Source: Octopus bimaculoides | Taxonomy: Eukaryota | NCBI RefSeq assembly: GCF_001194135.2 | Contig: NC_068989.1 | Coordinates: forward strand, 60,185,053 to 60,249,052 | DNA: 64,000 bases | Direction of reading: 5' to 3' | Part shown: positions 1 through 13,624 of the stretch, piece after piece | How positions within the stretch are numbered: the stretch's first letter is position 1 | How the letters are laid out: each line of letters opens with the position of its first letter | Notes under the pieces: model-generated | What the model saw: only the letters and a program-made list of their open reading frames with translations | Told to the model about the DNA's origin: nothing | The model's database searches: none | Program-made: the position numbers and the translations under genes

Positions 1-769
1 CTTATAAAGAACCTAAAATTTCTGTTTTGATTAACTGTTTATTTTAGATCTAAAGAAATTGATATAACATATAAAAACAAACTTTTGACAAATCTGTCGA
101 GAATATATAGAAGAAAAAGAAGTTATAGTTTTCTAAAAGGATATTTACATATTTGAAACACTGTAAAAATGATTGCAGAGTATATTGAACTACTATTAAA
201 ATACCTGGAACATTATTGATTTGCTAGAACAATATTGGTATATACATAGAGAACCATCATGAACTACATGTAGAACAAGTTTATTCAATCACCAACATTC
301 AAGTATTGATCATTTTTCTTTGCACCCCATCTCTTACTTTGGCAATGATCTTTGATTCTGTGAACTAGATGATGACACTCTACATCTACTCAGCCCATTC
401 AATAACCCGTCCGACTTACTCTCATTATGCTGATTGCCTTTCAGGCCGAATCTTAAACTGAACACGAAGCTAATCATTTCTTATCCCACCAAAGTAAGCA
501 TCTTTTATTCCCTCGTTGCCTATGATTTTTCAACAGACATCGAGTTTACATATTCAAATTGAATATGAATAACATTTTCAGTAATTAGAGAGTGTCCAAG
601 TATGTAATGGGAAGTGCCCTTCTTTCTCTGAAATATTCAAGTACGAATAAAAAAGTATAAAACAGAATCATAGCCTGGCTAATGACGATTTAGAAGTGTA
701 GATGAAGAAAAGAGTCTCATCTAACAACAACTATCGATGTTACGTTAGAGATGTTATGCTCGCGTGACG

Positions 770-970
770 GATGACGGTAATATGGCAGAACCATTAAAGT
801 GTCGGAAATATATTTTGTCATATTCGCTGGTTTAGCTGTAAGTTCGAATCTTGTCGAGGTCAATTTTGTCCACCATAACACTCTGGAGTCGATAAAAGCA
901 ACTATTAGTCAAGTTCTTGGATTGATATAACAGATTATATTCATCTCCAAAATATCCAGACTTGTGATCG
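770..970 (+). mobile_element. Degenerate SINE family B-like copy
   Basis: tggcagaacc...aagttcgaatcttgtcgaggtcaattttg...gagtcgataaaagc, collinear with the better family B copies but heavily diverged. Confidence 0.4.
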
Positions 971-1914
971 TATAAGAAGTTATTGTTGTGTTGGTGAGCT
1001 AATGGTTGCATAATGATCCATGTGATAAAATGCCCATATAAATTTTCTTGTGATAAAATATTCCAGACGCCGTAGAACTGGGGAAGGTTATGGAATAAAA
1101 TAATCTGAAGTTACTGATGATCTAAGAAAAAAAAATTACGCAATATTAAAACCTGTTAGTGCATTGATGGTCCTATCACGAGCATGGAGAATCAAGAAGT
1201 TGCGATTGGAAATAATTTAGTGAGGTATAAACTTATGTAAAACAGCAGGACAACACTAGTATATAAGAAACTATTTAGCTATTTTAAACATGACTTGCAT
1301 AAATCCATTATTATGAAAACACCAAATTTAATTATATAGATTAAATATTAAAAGGTACGGATTATCAATAATAGCCTGTAAGAAAAAACATATCGTAAAA
1401 ACAGTAGAAGGAGCTAAAATGAACAGATAGATGTCGTTAGAAACGCGTGAAAGACAGAGAGGATGAATCCAGGGATTGAAACAGTTGTAATTAAAGAAGA
1501 GCATTGTAGTATGCTTGAGGCATTTTAGTACAAAAGTAGAAAAAAAATGAATGAAATGAAAAATAAGGAGAGCTTATGACACTGCAAAAGGTTTAAAAAC
1601 CTCTATATTTAGGGTACAAAGGACTAACTCCAGAAGAACACAGCCAGCTAAAGAAATGTGTATTTACATAGATCCTGCCATTTCGGATAGCCCGGCGTTT
1701 GAGTTAGCAGCAGCAGCTCTCCAAATGTTGGTGTAGTTGGTGCCATAAAGGTCATATTGAGGACGTTGGTGCTGGCAGTGAAATAGATTGGCAGCAGTAG
1801 TGGTGATGGAGGCGGGCGTCTATAGTGGTGAATGCCGTGGTAGTGTTGGAGCATGTGTCGCTTCCTCGGGCTTACCACTCCGACACCCACCAGCTACTGT
1901 CAGTCATAGCTGCT

Positions 1915-2325
1915 AACATACACTTTAATTTCCTCGACAACTCATATGAACAGTGTTCAAGCTTGCCTATAGGGTTAAGCCTCTCAGGCCTGCTCGCTAT
2001 TAATTAGACCGGCTGGAGCGCAGGGCACTCAGTACCTGCTACTCATGCGCCGTCTTCAGGTATGTGAACGACAACCCTCTTACTAAATCCATCCCACGAG
2101 GAAACCTCCACAATGCTGGAAATATTCAATAACATGGACCAATACATCAACTTCGGCATCATCAAACACCCGAACGGGCGATGATTCCTTCTTCTAGCGT
2201 GACTTTCTGCTAAGTGTCACAGACGAGGGAAAATTTGACACGATGTTCTGCCGAAAGACAACCTGACAGGACCTCTTCGTCTATTACAAGTCGACCCACC
2301 CGATTAGGGCTAAGACCAGCTATAC
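1915..2325 (+). pseudogene. Penelope-like reverse transcriptase fossil (frameshifted)
   Basis: Manual translation across frames: HFNFLDNSYEQCSSLPIGLSLSGLLA, LDRLERRAL, FRYVND (2058-2072, RYVDD-like), EGKFDTMFCRKTT*QDLFVYYKSTHPIRAK. Order and spacing match PLE RT motifs. Confidence 0.65.
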
Positions 2326-2342
2326 ATACATAATGACAATAT

Positions 2343-2554
2343 TGGTTTCAAATCTTGGCACAAGGCCAGCTGTATTGTGGGAGAGGCTAAATCGATAACA
2401 TCGACCCAGTGCTCAACTAGTACTTATTTTATCGCCTCCGAAAGGAGATAGGCAAAGTCGACCTCAGCAGAATTTGAACTCAAAACGCAAAGACAGACGA
2501 AATGCCGAAAAGCATCTTTCCCGGCGTGCTAACGATTCAGCCAGTTCGCTACCT
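2343..2554 (-). mobile_element. tRNA-derived SINE family B
   Basis: Minus strand ctggctgaatcgttagcacgccggg...tgagttcaaattctgctgaggtcgactttgcc...gataaaataagtactagt...ctgggtcgat; about 210 bp, repeated more than 10 times in the window. Confidence 0.8.
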
Positions 2555-4614
2555 ACAAGACAAGAAATATTGATTTTCAAGATGGAGAAAGGCCACAGAT
2601 CTAGCTGATATTTGATCAATACTTATTTTATCGATCCATAAGGATTTCTACAAGTTTAAACTTGGAGCATAAAAGGATATATATAATTAATGTATATAAT
2701 TAGCAAGAATAATGACAATACATTATTTATAAGGAGGTGAGATTACAAGGAATAGCATTTAGTGCCACCTCACTCTAATGCAGATTGATGGAGAAAATAT
2801 TTAACAAAGTCGATCGTTCTGAGGAAACCAGGTATTGGAATATATTATTCACAGCGTCGAGTTATTGGCGTGGACAATATTTGCTAGTGACATAAAACTG
2901 TAGTGTATTTTCCATGGATATATATATATATACATCTACGAGAAAAAGACTTGATTATTATGGAATTCATTCCAATTTTCTAAGATCGATAATTTTAGAA
3001 AGAGTAATAATCAGATTCTCCTTCTGTGCACCCAAGAACCTTATAATGAATGGATACCAGATAAAGATATGCTTGGTATTAGCAAGGTAATAAGGTGCCT
3101 TGTGCACGGGTATACACTCCCCTATTATCTTATTTCGCCCCATAGTCTGACCATGATGGATTGGCAGTTCTTATTGAAGACTATATGACTAATGATAAAC
3201 AAGTACTCCTTTTGTTGATAGACAGAAAGGAAGCAAAATATCTTTGAATAGAATAGCAGTCCCATGGGGAATGAAATTTTCTGTTCGCATAAGCAATTAC
3301 AGAAATTTCTTAGAACAAACAGTGAGGGGTTGGATAATTATACATTACATTGTTGTTTAATTATATACTTAACTTTATGACAGGCGCCGTAGTTATGTTC
3401 GTTGCTAACCGATCCCTCATACATACACGATATATCTTCTAATTTATCTACCCTCTAACTATCCAAAGTATTTGTGATTTAGAAGAACTATGTTTAGAAA
3501 GAAATATTTATTCAGCTTTGTTGGTTGTACACAATAAAATATCAAGTTTTGAACCCGATAGTAAGAAGGAAACCGAATATTATTAATGTTTATGTGTGTG
3601 TGTTTTAGTTTATTAGATTATGGTATTTTGTCTCGCTTGGGAATTATTATGTAGATAAGGGATTGGGTGTAGTTCGTTCTCGTCACTTGCTGCAAATGTG
3701 AAATCTGGAAATAGGGAGAGATGTTTCTTTAATAAATGAAAGTAGTCATGTTCTTGTATGTTATGTACTGAATAATTTGACTATTTTCACAGCAAGGTAC
3801 ACGAGATTTAGTCGTATTATTATTTTATTTGTTTAGTTTCTTTGGAAACAGTTCAATTGAAAGAAATTAAACTGAACCGAACTTTAAATACAATTAGCAG
3901 AATATTCACCCCACTTCTTTCGAGCATGTTATACCCTCAGTATTTTTATTTGAGAAATGTATTGATAAACCCGTGCTTGCTGATTGATTCGCTTATCATT
4001 GCTATGTCAATACCCCTGGCAATGAGCCTTCAATTTCTTAAAGACAATTCCATCGTTTCAAATTAAGTGAATTTGGTTGTATTCCAAGTCGTATTTCTTT
4101 ATGTTGACTTTTGTCTAAATAATGCAACAACATTTCTACTGTTTTAGTTAAACGCATTGCCAACCAACTATTACTTACAATTTGGTAAAATTTCTTCAGC
4201 AAACTGTCCTCCGCATTAGACCTCACAATTAAGTTTTAGTTCGTAGTTGAAGAGATATTTCACTTTAATTAATGCATGCACAGCAGAAAATAAATTTCAA
4301 CCATTAAAGATTGAGAGTGACTTGATTTGTAAAGTGAGAGCAATATTTTCCAGGCTTTGGAGACGTAAAGGTTGTGGAATAATAATGACGTGTTTCTCTT
4401 AAATGCAATAATGGACAGAATTCTGACCTTGTAAAGTGTGCATCAAAGTGTCGAGTTTTTCATTGAAATATAGATAAGATATTATCTGTATCTTTTGACA
4501 TAAAACTATTAAAATAGTGAATACAAAATTATAACACCTAGAATATGACTGTTTTTTATTTATATGTTATGGTTTAGTGAATTCTTTTCGTATGTGGGTT
4601 GTTACACAGTTAAT

Positions 4615-5051
4615 GTTGTTGTTGTTGGCACTCCGTCGCTTACGACGTCGAGGGTTCCAGTTGATCCGATGAACGGAACAGCCTGCTCGTGAAATTAACG
4701 TGTAAGTGGCTGAGCACTCCACAGACACATGTACCCTTAACGTAGTTCTCGGGGNNNNNNNNNNCTCCACAGACACATGTACCCTTAACGTAGTTCTCGG
4801 GGATATTCAGCGTGACACAGTGTGACAAGGCTGACCTTTTGAATTACAGGCACAACAGAAACAGGAAGTAAGAGTGAGAGAAAATTGTGGTGAAAGAGTA
4901 CAGCAGGATTCACCACCATCCCCTGCTGGAGGCTCGTGGAGCTTTAGGTGCTTTCGCTCAATAAACACTCACACAACGCCCGGTCTGAGAATCGAAACCG
5001 CGATCCTATGACCGCGAGTCCGCTGCCCTAACAACTGGGCCATTGCGCCTC
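4615..5051 (-). mobile_element. tRNA-derived SINE family A
   Basis: Head gaggcgcaatggcccagt (A box) and ggtttcgatt (B box), (CAA)n tail; acagttaat on both flanks. A 10-N gap with duplicated flanks lies inside. Confidence 0.92.
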
Positions 5052-7223
5052 GACATACAGTTAATAATAGCTAAGCAATAACCACTGGAAGTGATCAAGA
5101 CCGGAAACCTAATATGCTGTATGGGAAGATGTAGTATTGGAGAGGAATACGACAATATATTTCACAGGAAGTGAAAATCGCAAACGGAATACTGTAGTGG
5201 GTGAAATAAACTTATGTCAATTAAAAATCAAAATAAAACCCGGTGCTGTCTACACATTAAGAACATAAATTTTTGCCAAGATTGTAGTTTTTATTAACCA
5301 GTATATGTATTGGAATACTTATATTGGTTACTAAAAATTACAAAAAAATTCACCACCATAGAGAGTATTGAACTATTAACGAAGTCAACTATCAACCTGT
5401 TTCCTATTTATTCTGTTGCATCAAACTCTTTTGTAGAGGAGAAAAATGGTGCTCTTATTTTTGCATCAGAAATGTTCAGCAAGACGATATATCTTTTACA
5501 TCTGTTTTATGAAACACCTGAACGCTGGTTCATAATTTGCGTGTAAGGTATTTGGTTTGACTTGCTTTATAAATTGTGTACACTGGTGTATATATCATTG
5601 TGTATTATATAATCTATAATAATAAATTAAACGCTTTTGCCTATCTAATAAAATTTACATGTTATTACATCCATTCTTCACTATCTATTCATCTATATCA
5701 GAATGAAATGTTCTAGTCTTTTTACAGTCATTCTGATCTCCAAAATTTCTGTTTACTCATTTACTATCAGCGCTTCTCTTCTTTGATAGTCTATGTTGAT
5801 TAGTTTCCTCGTTCTCTATCATGTAATGGCATAAATGTTAGAAAATGAAGTTATTCGGCAAAGGATATATGTGAATGTCACTTCCAGTTCTAGTTTGAGG
5901 TATCAAGTGTTAGTTTCGCCTGTTCCAATGCTCGCAGAAAACATAATCTTAGTAATTAATGAAGATGATGGAGAATCAAAGAAAATCATTGTTATCAAAA
6001 TTTGTATTGGACAGGGTTATTCACACAGTGAAAACAATCTTACGTTTAAAACATGGTGAATCATTTATAATTTACGAGGACATCCGTTGCTAATAAAATT
6101 TATTGTTTCTTTATATGTTCCGTTTTAAGACAGATAACTGGCAGAAACTCAAGTAAAATTTATGACAAATGGCGAGTATAGCGAATTAGATATATGTAAT
6201 ATATTTAATTTATGACGAAAGTGCTTCAAAGTATAAATTTATCGGTTAGCATCCACTACACCCTCCTCTCGAGATTTCTAGTCTTTTGCTTAAATAAAAA
6301 TCCCATTATGAAACAAGTATATTCAAGTCTATGGAAGACGTAGCGAGAAAATTATATGCACAGAAATGTTCAGTTTCAATAGTTACACAACAATAAAAAT
6401 GTACAGGCACTGACGCATTACAGAAACTCTGGTTACGGAATTCTGCATTGATTGAAATTGTAAAGAATGACTACAAATTTCGGAGTAAAAGCCTGCAATG
6501 CCACTCTTACATAACTCGAATGAATATAAAAAGAATTAAAAACTAAAATATCCATATATAATTTCCGAACCGTGGCTATGTGAATCCGTCCACCTAACTT
6601 TGCTATAAGTGTTGTGGAGCCTATTTTTGTTGGGTGTCAAGTCTGATTATAAATGTATGGGTGAATTTGTTTTTGTGTGCATATTCCACTAATCTAATGG
6701 TGCATTATTTACTTACTAAAGTATATTTTATATGTAGGTGTTACATATTTGGTGTTAATTCGTTGATGAAAATTCAAAAGCTCGTAAAAAATGGATGTAA
6801 TATATTTTTACTATTAGAAAACTATAAGTTAATAAATACTCAGAACACCTAAATTAATTAGAAAACCTACCAGAGTTAATCGTTGAATACATTTTTAATC
6901 CAGCGCTGCAGATAAATAAATAAAAAAAAACAGTATTTCCATGCATCTTTGCGAAACTACATAAAGCATGTGAAAGCACAACATTCAGCCATTATGTACA
7001 ATAAAGATTGAGTTAAGAGAGATTAGAAAAATTAGTAAAATAATGGACTTAAGAGCACTAATCTCTCGTCTTTAACAGAAAGGATTAATAAGGAAATACG
7101 AAAAAAGGAAACCTTAATAAAAATATCAAACTAAAACTACTCGTATCTTTATCTTGCAGGAAATAAGCTTCAAAGAAAGCTGTTTCCAATCTCTACATAT
7201 GTACATACATGTACACATACGGA

Positions 7224-7225
<2 letters not shown>

Positions 7226-7297
<72 letters not shown>

Positions 7298-7410
7298 CAC
7301 GCACACACGCACACACACGCACGCACACACACATACACACACGCTTACATATATATACGTTTATACATTTATATATACATATATGCATATATAAATATAT
7401 ATACACATAT
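7226..7410. repeat. (CA)n / (TA)n microsatellite
   Basis: Direct reading. Confidence 0.95.
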
Positions 7411-8365
7411 GTATTACAATTAAAAGGATAAAGGATTATCAAATCTATTAATTTATTAATAAATTAATAATTAATAATTTTTACCAAGCCCTTCGGTATG
7501 TAAACACCATTATCGGTGAAGAACTTATTTAAAAGTTCTTATACATTTATAAACATAATTAAGGGATCAGCAACAGTTGTTTCACCACATACCGAAGTTC
7601 AGAAATAGCAGCTAAAGCACACATATGTAAATATATATACACATATGTAAATATATATGTACACACACACATACTGAGTCCGAAGGAAGGAGCAGTGACC
7701 ATATATTTTGCAGCCCCACCTAGAGCGTTTAGATTGATGCCATTCATTTTCTCTGGAATCTTTGTAAGTCAACAACTGAAAGATATGGAAGGAATTCTAG
7801 AGGATTGACAGTCTGCAAATGAAGGACTGAGTATAATGATGTGGTGTCTTGGGTGTTGATCGTATCAAGAGGGATGAGAGAAGGAGAGATGAGTAAGAGC
7901 GGGAAAAATCCTTGAGAGTCTGTGTCAAGAACTCAGCCAGCTCAAAAGAGCAGAGGCCACTCAAATAGACAATTAAACTAGCACTAGAAAATGCTGAGAA
8001 AGGTGACAGTAGGCCTGTAAGCTAGAGTCTGTGAATGTGCGCCGCTTTTCTGGATGTAGTTCCGGACGTTAGTGTGTGCAGCAGCAACACCGTCCCGGAT
8101 GTGACAGTAATGCTCCATTGTGTACCTCACTTGAGCTTTGTAGAGTATTAATAATATGCTGGGGTTTTAATTTTCTTCTCATTCTGAAGAGATGGTGCAG
8201 TCGTTGGGATGCGATTTTACCCACTGAGGAATTTTCGCCTGAAGAAATCCTCGTTGATTGCTGAAAGAGACAAGATATGCATATCAACTTTTGAGTGCAT
8301 TCCAGGTATCTGTCTGTTCATGAAGTCAATGCATGTTAGAATACTAGTGTTGTCTAACTTGAAAT

Positions 8366-8469
8366 ATCCATCCATCCATCCATCTATCCATCCATCCATC
8401 CATCCATCCCTCCATCCACACATACATACATACATACATACATACATACATACACACATACATACACAT
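8366..8469. repeat. Compound (TCCA)n(CATA)n microsatellite
   Basis: Direct reading. Confidence 0.95.
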
Positions 8470-8825
8470 GATGGTACTTGTAACAAGACGTGTGACTAAA
8501 AAAAGGAAAATATGGACCATGGAACTCTGCATTAAACAAAGCAGTGTCCCACAATGTATTTGCAGTACCAGTACTCATACCAACATTTGGACTACTTGAT
8601 TGGACGCTTGAGATCCGAGTTATTGATGTGAAAATCTGGAAGATACTGACCAGCACAAATAATTTTCACATTAACAACGACGTAGGTCACCGCTATCTAA
8701 AACGAAAACAAGGAGACAAAGCTTAACATCGATCCAAACTCTAGTGCAAAGTATCATCAGATAAAAATATGACTGCATATTAACAGAAGTCTATACCTGG
8801 ATATGTTAGCGGAAATCTACAGGAT
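8470..8825 (+). mobile_element. R4/Dong-like LINE fragment (post-RT region, internally deleted)
   Basis: [45 protein letters not shown]...YLKRKQG; clearly homologous at DNA level to about 61260-61810. Confidence 0.8.
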
Positions 8826-8831
8826 GAGCTT

Positions 8832-8866
<35 letters not shown>

Positions 8867-8869
<3 letters not shown>

Positions 8870-10183
8870 TGTGGGGCAGAGAGGACGGCCGTTTTTGAAA
8901 TGGCTATTACTCAGCCCCAGTGGGAGAGACGTATGTTCTACAAGTACCATTCGGTCAGTAGTGTCTTAGCATTTTTTAATCTTTTTAGGTGAAGCCATGG
9001 CGCTCAGGATGATAACGTATCGCGTGTTTGCCTACAACAATTATATGAAGAATAATGAATCTGTCACGGCAGTTCAACGTGAGTTTCGGTGCCACTTTAA
9101 TATCCACCGAAATCAGGCTGTTCCCACCCGTAACACAATCTTACGTTGGGCGAATGCACTTCGTATACGAGGTACACTAATCAATAGGAGACTGGTTGGG
9201 GCGCCACGAACGGCACAGACCCCGGAAAATGTGGAACGTATCAGACAAGCTTTGACACGGAGTCCGAATCACTCTGCTCGGTGGCGTTCCACTGAACTTG
9301 GCATCGGTTCTCGATCAGTAAGGCGTGTTTCCTGCATTTCTACTCGTACAAATTGGTCATTGGGCAAGAATTGAAACTATGGGACTATGCACAGTGATTT
9401 CATTTCGCACGTCAGATGGAAGCAATTTTAGAGGCAAATGACAACTTATTTTTTTAATGAATGATGAATCTCATTTTCATCTCAATAGCATGGTGAATCA
9501 ACAGAACTGTTGTTATTGGGCTCTTGAAAATCCTAGAGAACTGCACGAAAGACCACTGCACAGCCCCAAAGTGACGGTCTGGTGTGATGCTGGAAAGGCT
9601 TCTGTCATTTTTGGAAGACAACAATGATGGAAATGCTGTTTCTGTGAATTCTGAGCGTAACATAGAGATAATAAACAACTTCTTTGTGTCTGAATTACGA
9701 CGAAAACGTATGTCTATTCGACATGTGTGATTTCATCAGGATGGGGCGACGGCCCACACAGCTAGAGCATCAATGGATGCTCTTCACCCTCTCTTCGGTG
9801 ACTGCCTCATTTTCAGGTTTGCTGATATTCCTTGTTCCCCTCGCTCCCCTGATTTGTCCATGTGTGATTATTTCGTGTGGAGAAACCTCAAGACACGTGT
9901 GTATGCACATAAGCCCCGTACATTGGACGATTTGAAGGAAGGTATTCGCGTAGAAGTCGCCCAGACCGACAGAGCAATGCTAGAGAGAGTGGAGGCCGAC
10001 TTCCAAGAATGCCTTCAGAAATGCAACTATGAAAACGGACATCACATGATAGATGTTGTTTTCCACAATTGATTTTGACAATGCTAATTCAATATGAACA
10101 TATTGATGTCATTAAAATTTGTTTCCAGCTAAAATTAATGATGTGAAATTTTCAAAAACGTCCGTTCTCTCTGCCCCACCCTG
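8867..10183 (+). mobile_element. Full-length Tc1/mariner-superfamily transposon, DD41D type, inactivated
   Basis: 33-bp TIRs cagtgtggggcagagaggacggccgtttttgaa and its inverse (3 mismatches), TA on both sides, 1317 bp; inserted in a (TA)n tract. Confidence 0.93.
8997..10072 (+). pseudogene. DD41D transposase pseudogene
   Basis: N-terminal HTH-like NESVTAVQREFR...PTRNTILRW; DESHFHL; V*FHQDGATAH (D at 9740) to SPDLSMCDYF (D at 9866) with 41 residues between; frameshifts and an in-frame stop. Confidence 0.9.
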
Positions 10184-10265
10184 TACATACATACATACAT
10201 ACACACACGGATAAGTGAGTGTGATGTTGGGTGCAACATGGGTGACAAGAGGTGGAGAGATGTGT

Positions 10266-10302
<37 letters not shown>

Positions 10303-10588
10303 TGTGTGCGTGCGTGCGTGTGTATATTGACAAATGCAGGTATATAGCATTCATTCTTGATTTCTTAAAATTATTTCTACGTCTACAGGATGCTGTGACA
10401 GCTACCACATGGCAATTGACACAAGGTCCATATGAGAAGGAAAGGCACAATGTTATAGTCTAAGGATAAGAAGCTAAACGTGGACACGTATATCTGCCCC
10501 AGTAAGTTTAATCAGTTGAAAATACATACACGCACACACATATATATGTATGCATGAATGTATGCATCTGTGTGCTTAGATGTATGAA

Positions 10589-10647
<59 letters not shown>

Positions 10648-10782
10648 ATTCTTTTACTCTTTTACTCTTTTACTCGTTTCAGCCATGCGGCCGTGGTCAT
10701 GCTGGAAATCAGATTTCCTCAATCTGGGTGTTTCACATCACCACTCTTGTGTATACCTTTGTCCCAGCTGTTGGTATACACA

Positions 10783-10818
<36 letters not shown>

Positions 10819-11753
10819 TACTCACACGCACGCACACACACANNNNNNNNNNACACACACACAAACATACTCACACGCACGCACACACACTCATATATGG
10901 ATATGTACATACACACACACGTACATATATATGTATATATACATGTATATGCATATGTATATATCTATTCATGCATATATATATGTATATATATATACAT
11001 ACATATATANNNNNNNNNNNNNNNNNNNNNNNNNNNNNNNNNNNNNNNNNNNNNNNNTATATATATATATATATGTTATATATATATATATATGTGTGTG
11101 TGCGTGTGACTGTGTCTGTGTGTAGAAATCATAGTACAATATAGTGAATGCTGCATTCAAAAAGTTATTTTTTTATTGAATTTGGGGAAAATATCCAATA
11201 CTGAGGAGCAATGTTTACCGACGCACAAAGTTAAAGATGATTGTAGAAAGTAAAGAATTAGTTTAAATTAAAGTACGCAATTCGGAAAATTAAATTTAAA
11301 CTTTGTTTTCATGCAGGTTATGTCTATGAGTACAAGTTTCAGATTGAATTTGTCTGCGTAGTAGAGAGTCTAATGAACGGATATGTATGTATGTATCACT
11401 GTATGTATGTATGTATGTATGTATGTATGTATGTATGTATGTATGTATGTATGTATGTATGTGTGTGTATGCATGTATGTGTGTGTGTGGTATACGTATA
11501 CACACACACACACACACACACATATATTATATATTATATATACATAAACGCAAACACATATATTCATATATATATATTTTTGCATTCATGTTTGTTTTTC
11601 ATATGTATATATATATACATATATTCATATACTTACGTATATACATGGGTATATACATAAATATATATATATATCTGTACTCATACTATACATACATATA
11701 CACACATATATATTTATACACACGTACTACACTACATGCACGCACACGTAGAA

Positions 11754-11795
<42 letters not shown>

Positions 11796-11850
11796 CTGTG
11801 TGTGTGTGTGTATGAATATGTGTGTGTATGGATATAAATACACATACACA
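10184..11850. repeat. Microsatellite-dense block: (CATA)n, (TG)n, (TATC)n, (CA)n, (TATG)n, with gaps
   Basis: Direct reading; source of most spurious ORFs in this interval. Confidence 0.9.
10648..10712 (-). mobile_element. SINE family C 3' fragment with (TAAAAGAG)n tail
   Basis: cttttactcttttactcttttactcgtttcagcc...gccgtggtcatgctgga matches the end of 30716-31162. Confidence 0.6.
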
Positions 11851-13624
11851 TAACTGCCTGTCTATATATCTGTAATCGTATATGTGTGCATATAAATTGT
11901 TTGTGTACGCCAATGCCTGGCTTCCATCTTTATTTAAAATGCAGTACACATAAACGATCTCAGGGCAAATCTCTGCTCCAACCCTAATCATAACATTTCA
12001 GTAGGCCTGCCAATATTAAATATTTACGCTGCTTCCTTTCACAACCAGTTGCATTCGAAATGAATCAAAATAAGAGTGATTAGTAATCAATAGATATACC
12101 ACCGCATGAAAAATGAATTAATAATTGCACAAACTAGAAAATTCATTTTTCAGTCGACTAAATTGGCCATACCGATGTAGTTGCTTCTACTATAAACTGT
12201 TTATGAAATTAAGATACGTGAGCTAATTGAGATATGACTGTTTTGAACTATTGTAGTGGTGTTTTGAGTAATACAGTATAAGTGAAAAGGTGCTGTACAT
12301 TGTAGCATGGTGTGATATAATGGTGTTATTTCCTGTAATAAAGTGCAATATAGTGGTATATTGAAGGCGTACTGTTACCTTCAATGAGATGACGTCAACT
12401 AGAAGTAATCCAATGGGAAAATGTGATATTTTTAAAAAGAAGTTCATCTATTTGCTTTAGGAAGAGAACAAAATATCAACGTTTCAGATGCAATCCCGTT
12501 TTCAAGATGAAGGGGATTGATGAAATAATGCAAATCTTTGTGTGTTTGAATTGTCGTAATCGTAGATGTAGTAATGAAGTTGTGTAGCTTGGTGTGATAG
12601 AGATGTAACAGTATAGAATCTAAACGTGGTTAAATAATACAAGTTGTTCTAATGCTTCTATAGGATCATGAAGTGGCAGGCACATCTAGGTCTTAATATT
12701 TAATTTTAATTTGTATTAAAATCCAGCCGAAGCCAGTTTTGCGTTTCATTCTACTACGTTGATAAAAGAATTATTAGAATTATACTGAGATTGACAGACT
12801 GACTCATAGACAGTGAATATAGGAGTTTTATTGATAGATACGACAGTATAATACTTTTTGTTTAGTTTCATGTAATGAAGTCATGTTGCAGAGTAGCTTA
12901 TTATCTTGTAGTGTGGAAATGTGGACGTTACTCCTTATGATGTATAAAAGACAGTAACCCTAGTGATATTCTGATCTATTTAGTATAGTGTTCAATCGTC
13001 TCTCAATGCTTCTCCATATTTGCTTTTAAAATGCTTAAAATAACAATTAATAAACTTATATTTAATCAGTCATTCCTATTTTACAAAAATAACAGGTCAA
13101 AAGAAATAATTTTAACATTACATGGCTCATATTAATGTAATTATGTAAGCTATAATAATTGTTTGGTAATTATACAGTGGAAGCACTTTAACTATCCAAA
13201 TGTTAAATTCACATTTCTTTTATTTCTTCTTGCGCCTACATTTTCGTCGCTCCGATGCCAGTTGGTAACTGACACAGTTCAGATATATGTTGAACTTTGA
13301 ATTCAACAATGTTCTTTTGGTTAAAATTTGTAGTTTTTAAAGTTAGATATATTAGATTATAAAATCATTCGCGAATGTTGAGTCTAGTATTTAGTTTCAA
13401 ATTTTGTAGCTATACTTAGAGGTGTTTGTCACTGGATAAGAATATATATTAATACAGGCAATTCACAGAAGTTCTAGCAACAATTTTTTAGAGTGAGTTA
13501 AACTATTCTGCTTTGAGAGATAAAAAGTAGTATATACTAAAAGTTGAGTTGTTTGAACGTTCTCTCACTTCAAGTTCATACCCACACATGGATTTAACCA
13601 ATTCTTATCTGATTAAAACAAATA

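Noticed and set aside
4716-4802. Tandem duplication inside SINE A
   Set aside because: The duplicate flanks a 10-N gap, typical of a scaffold overlap artefact; same for 10843-10852
7126-11991. HT/VC/YI-repeat ORFs
   Set aside because: Translations of (CA)n, (TA)n and (TATG)n microsatellites
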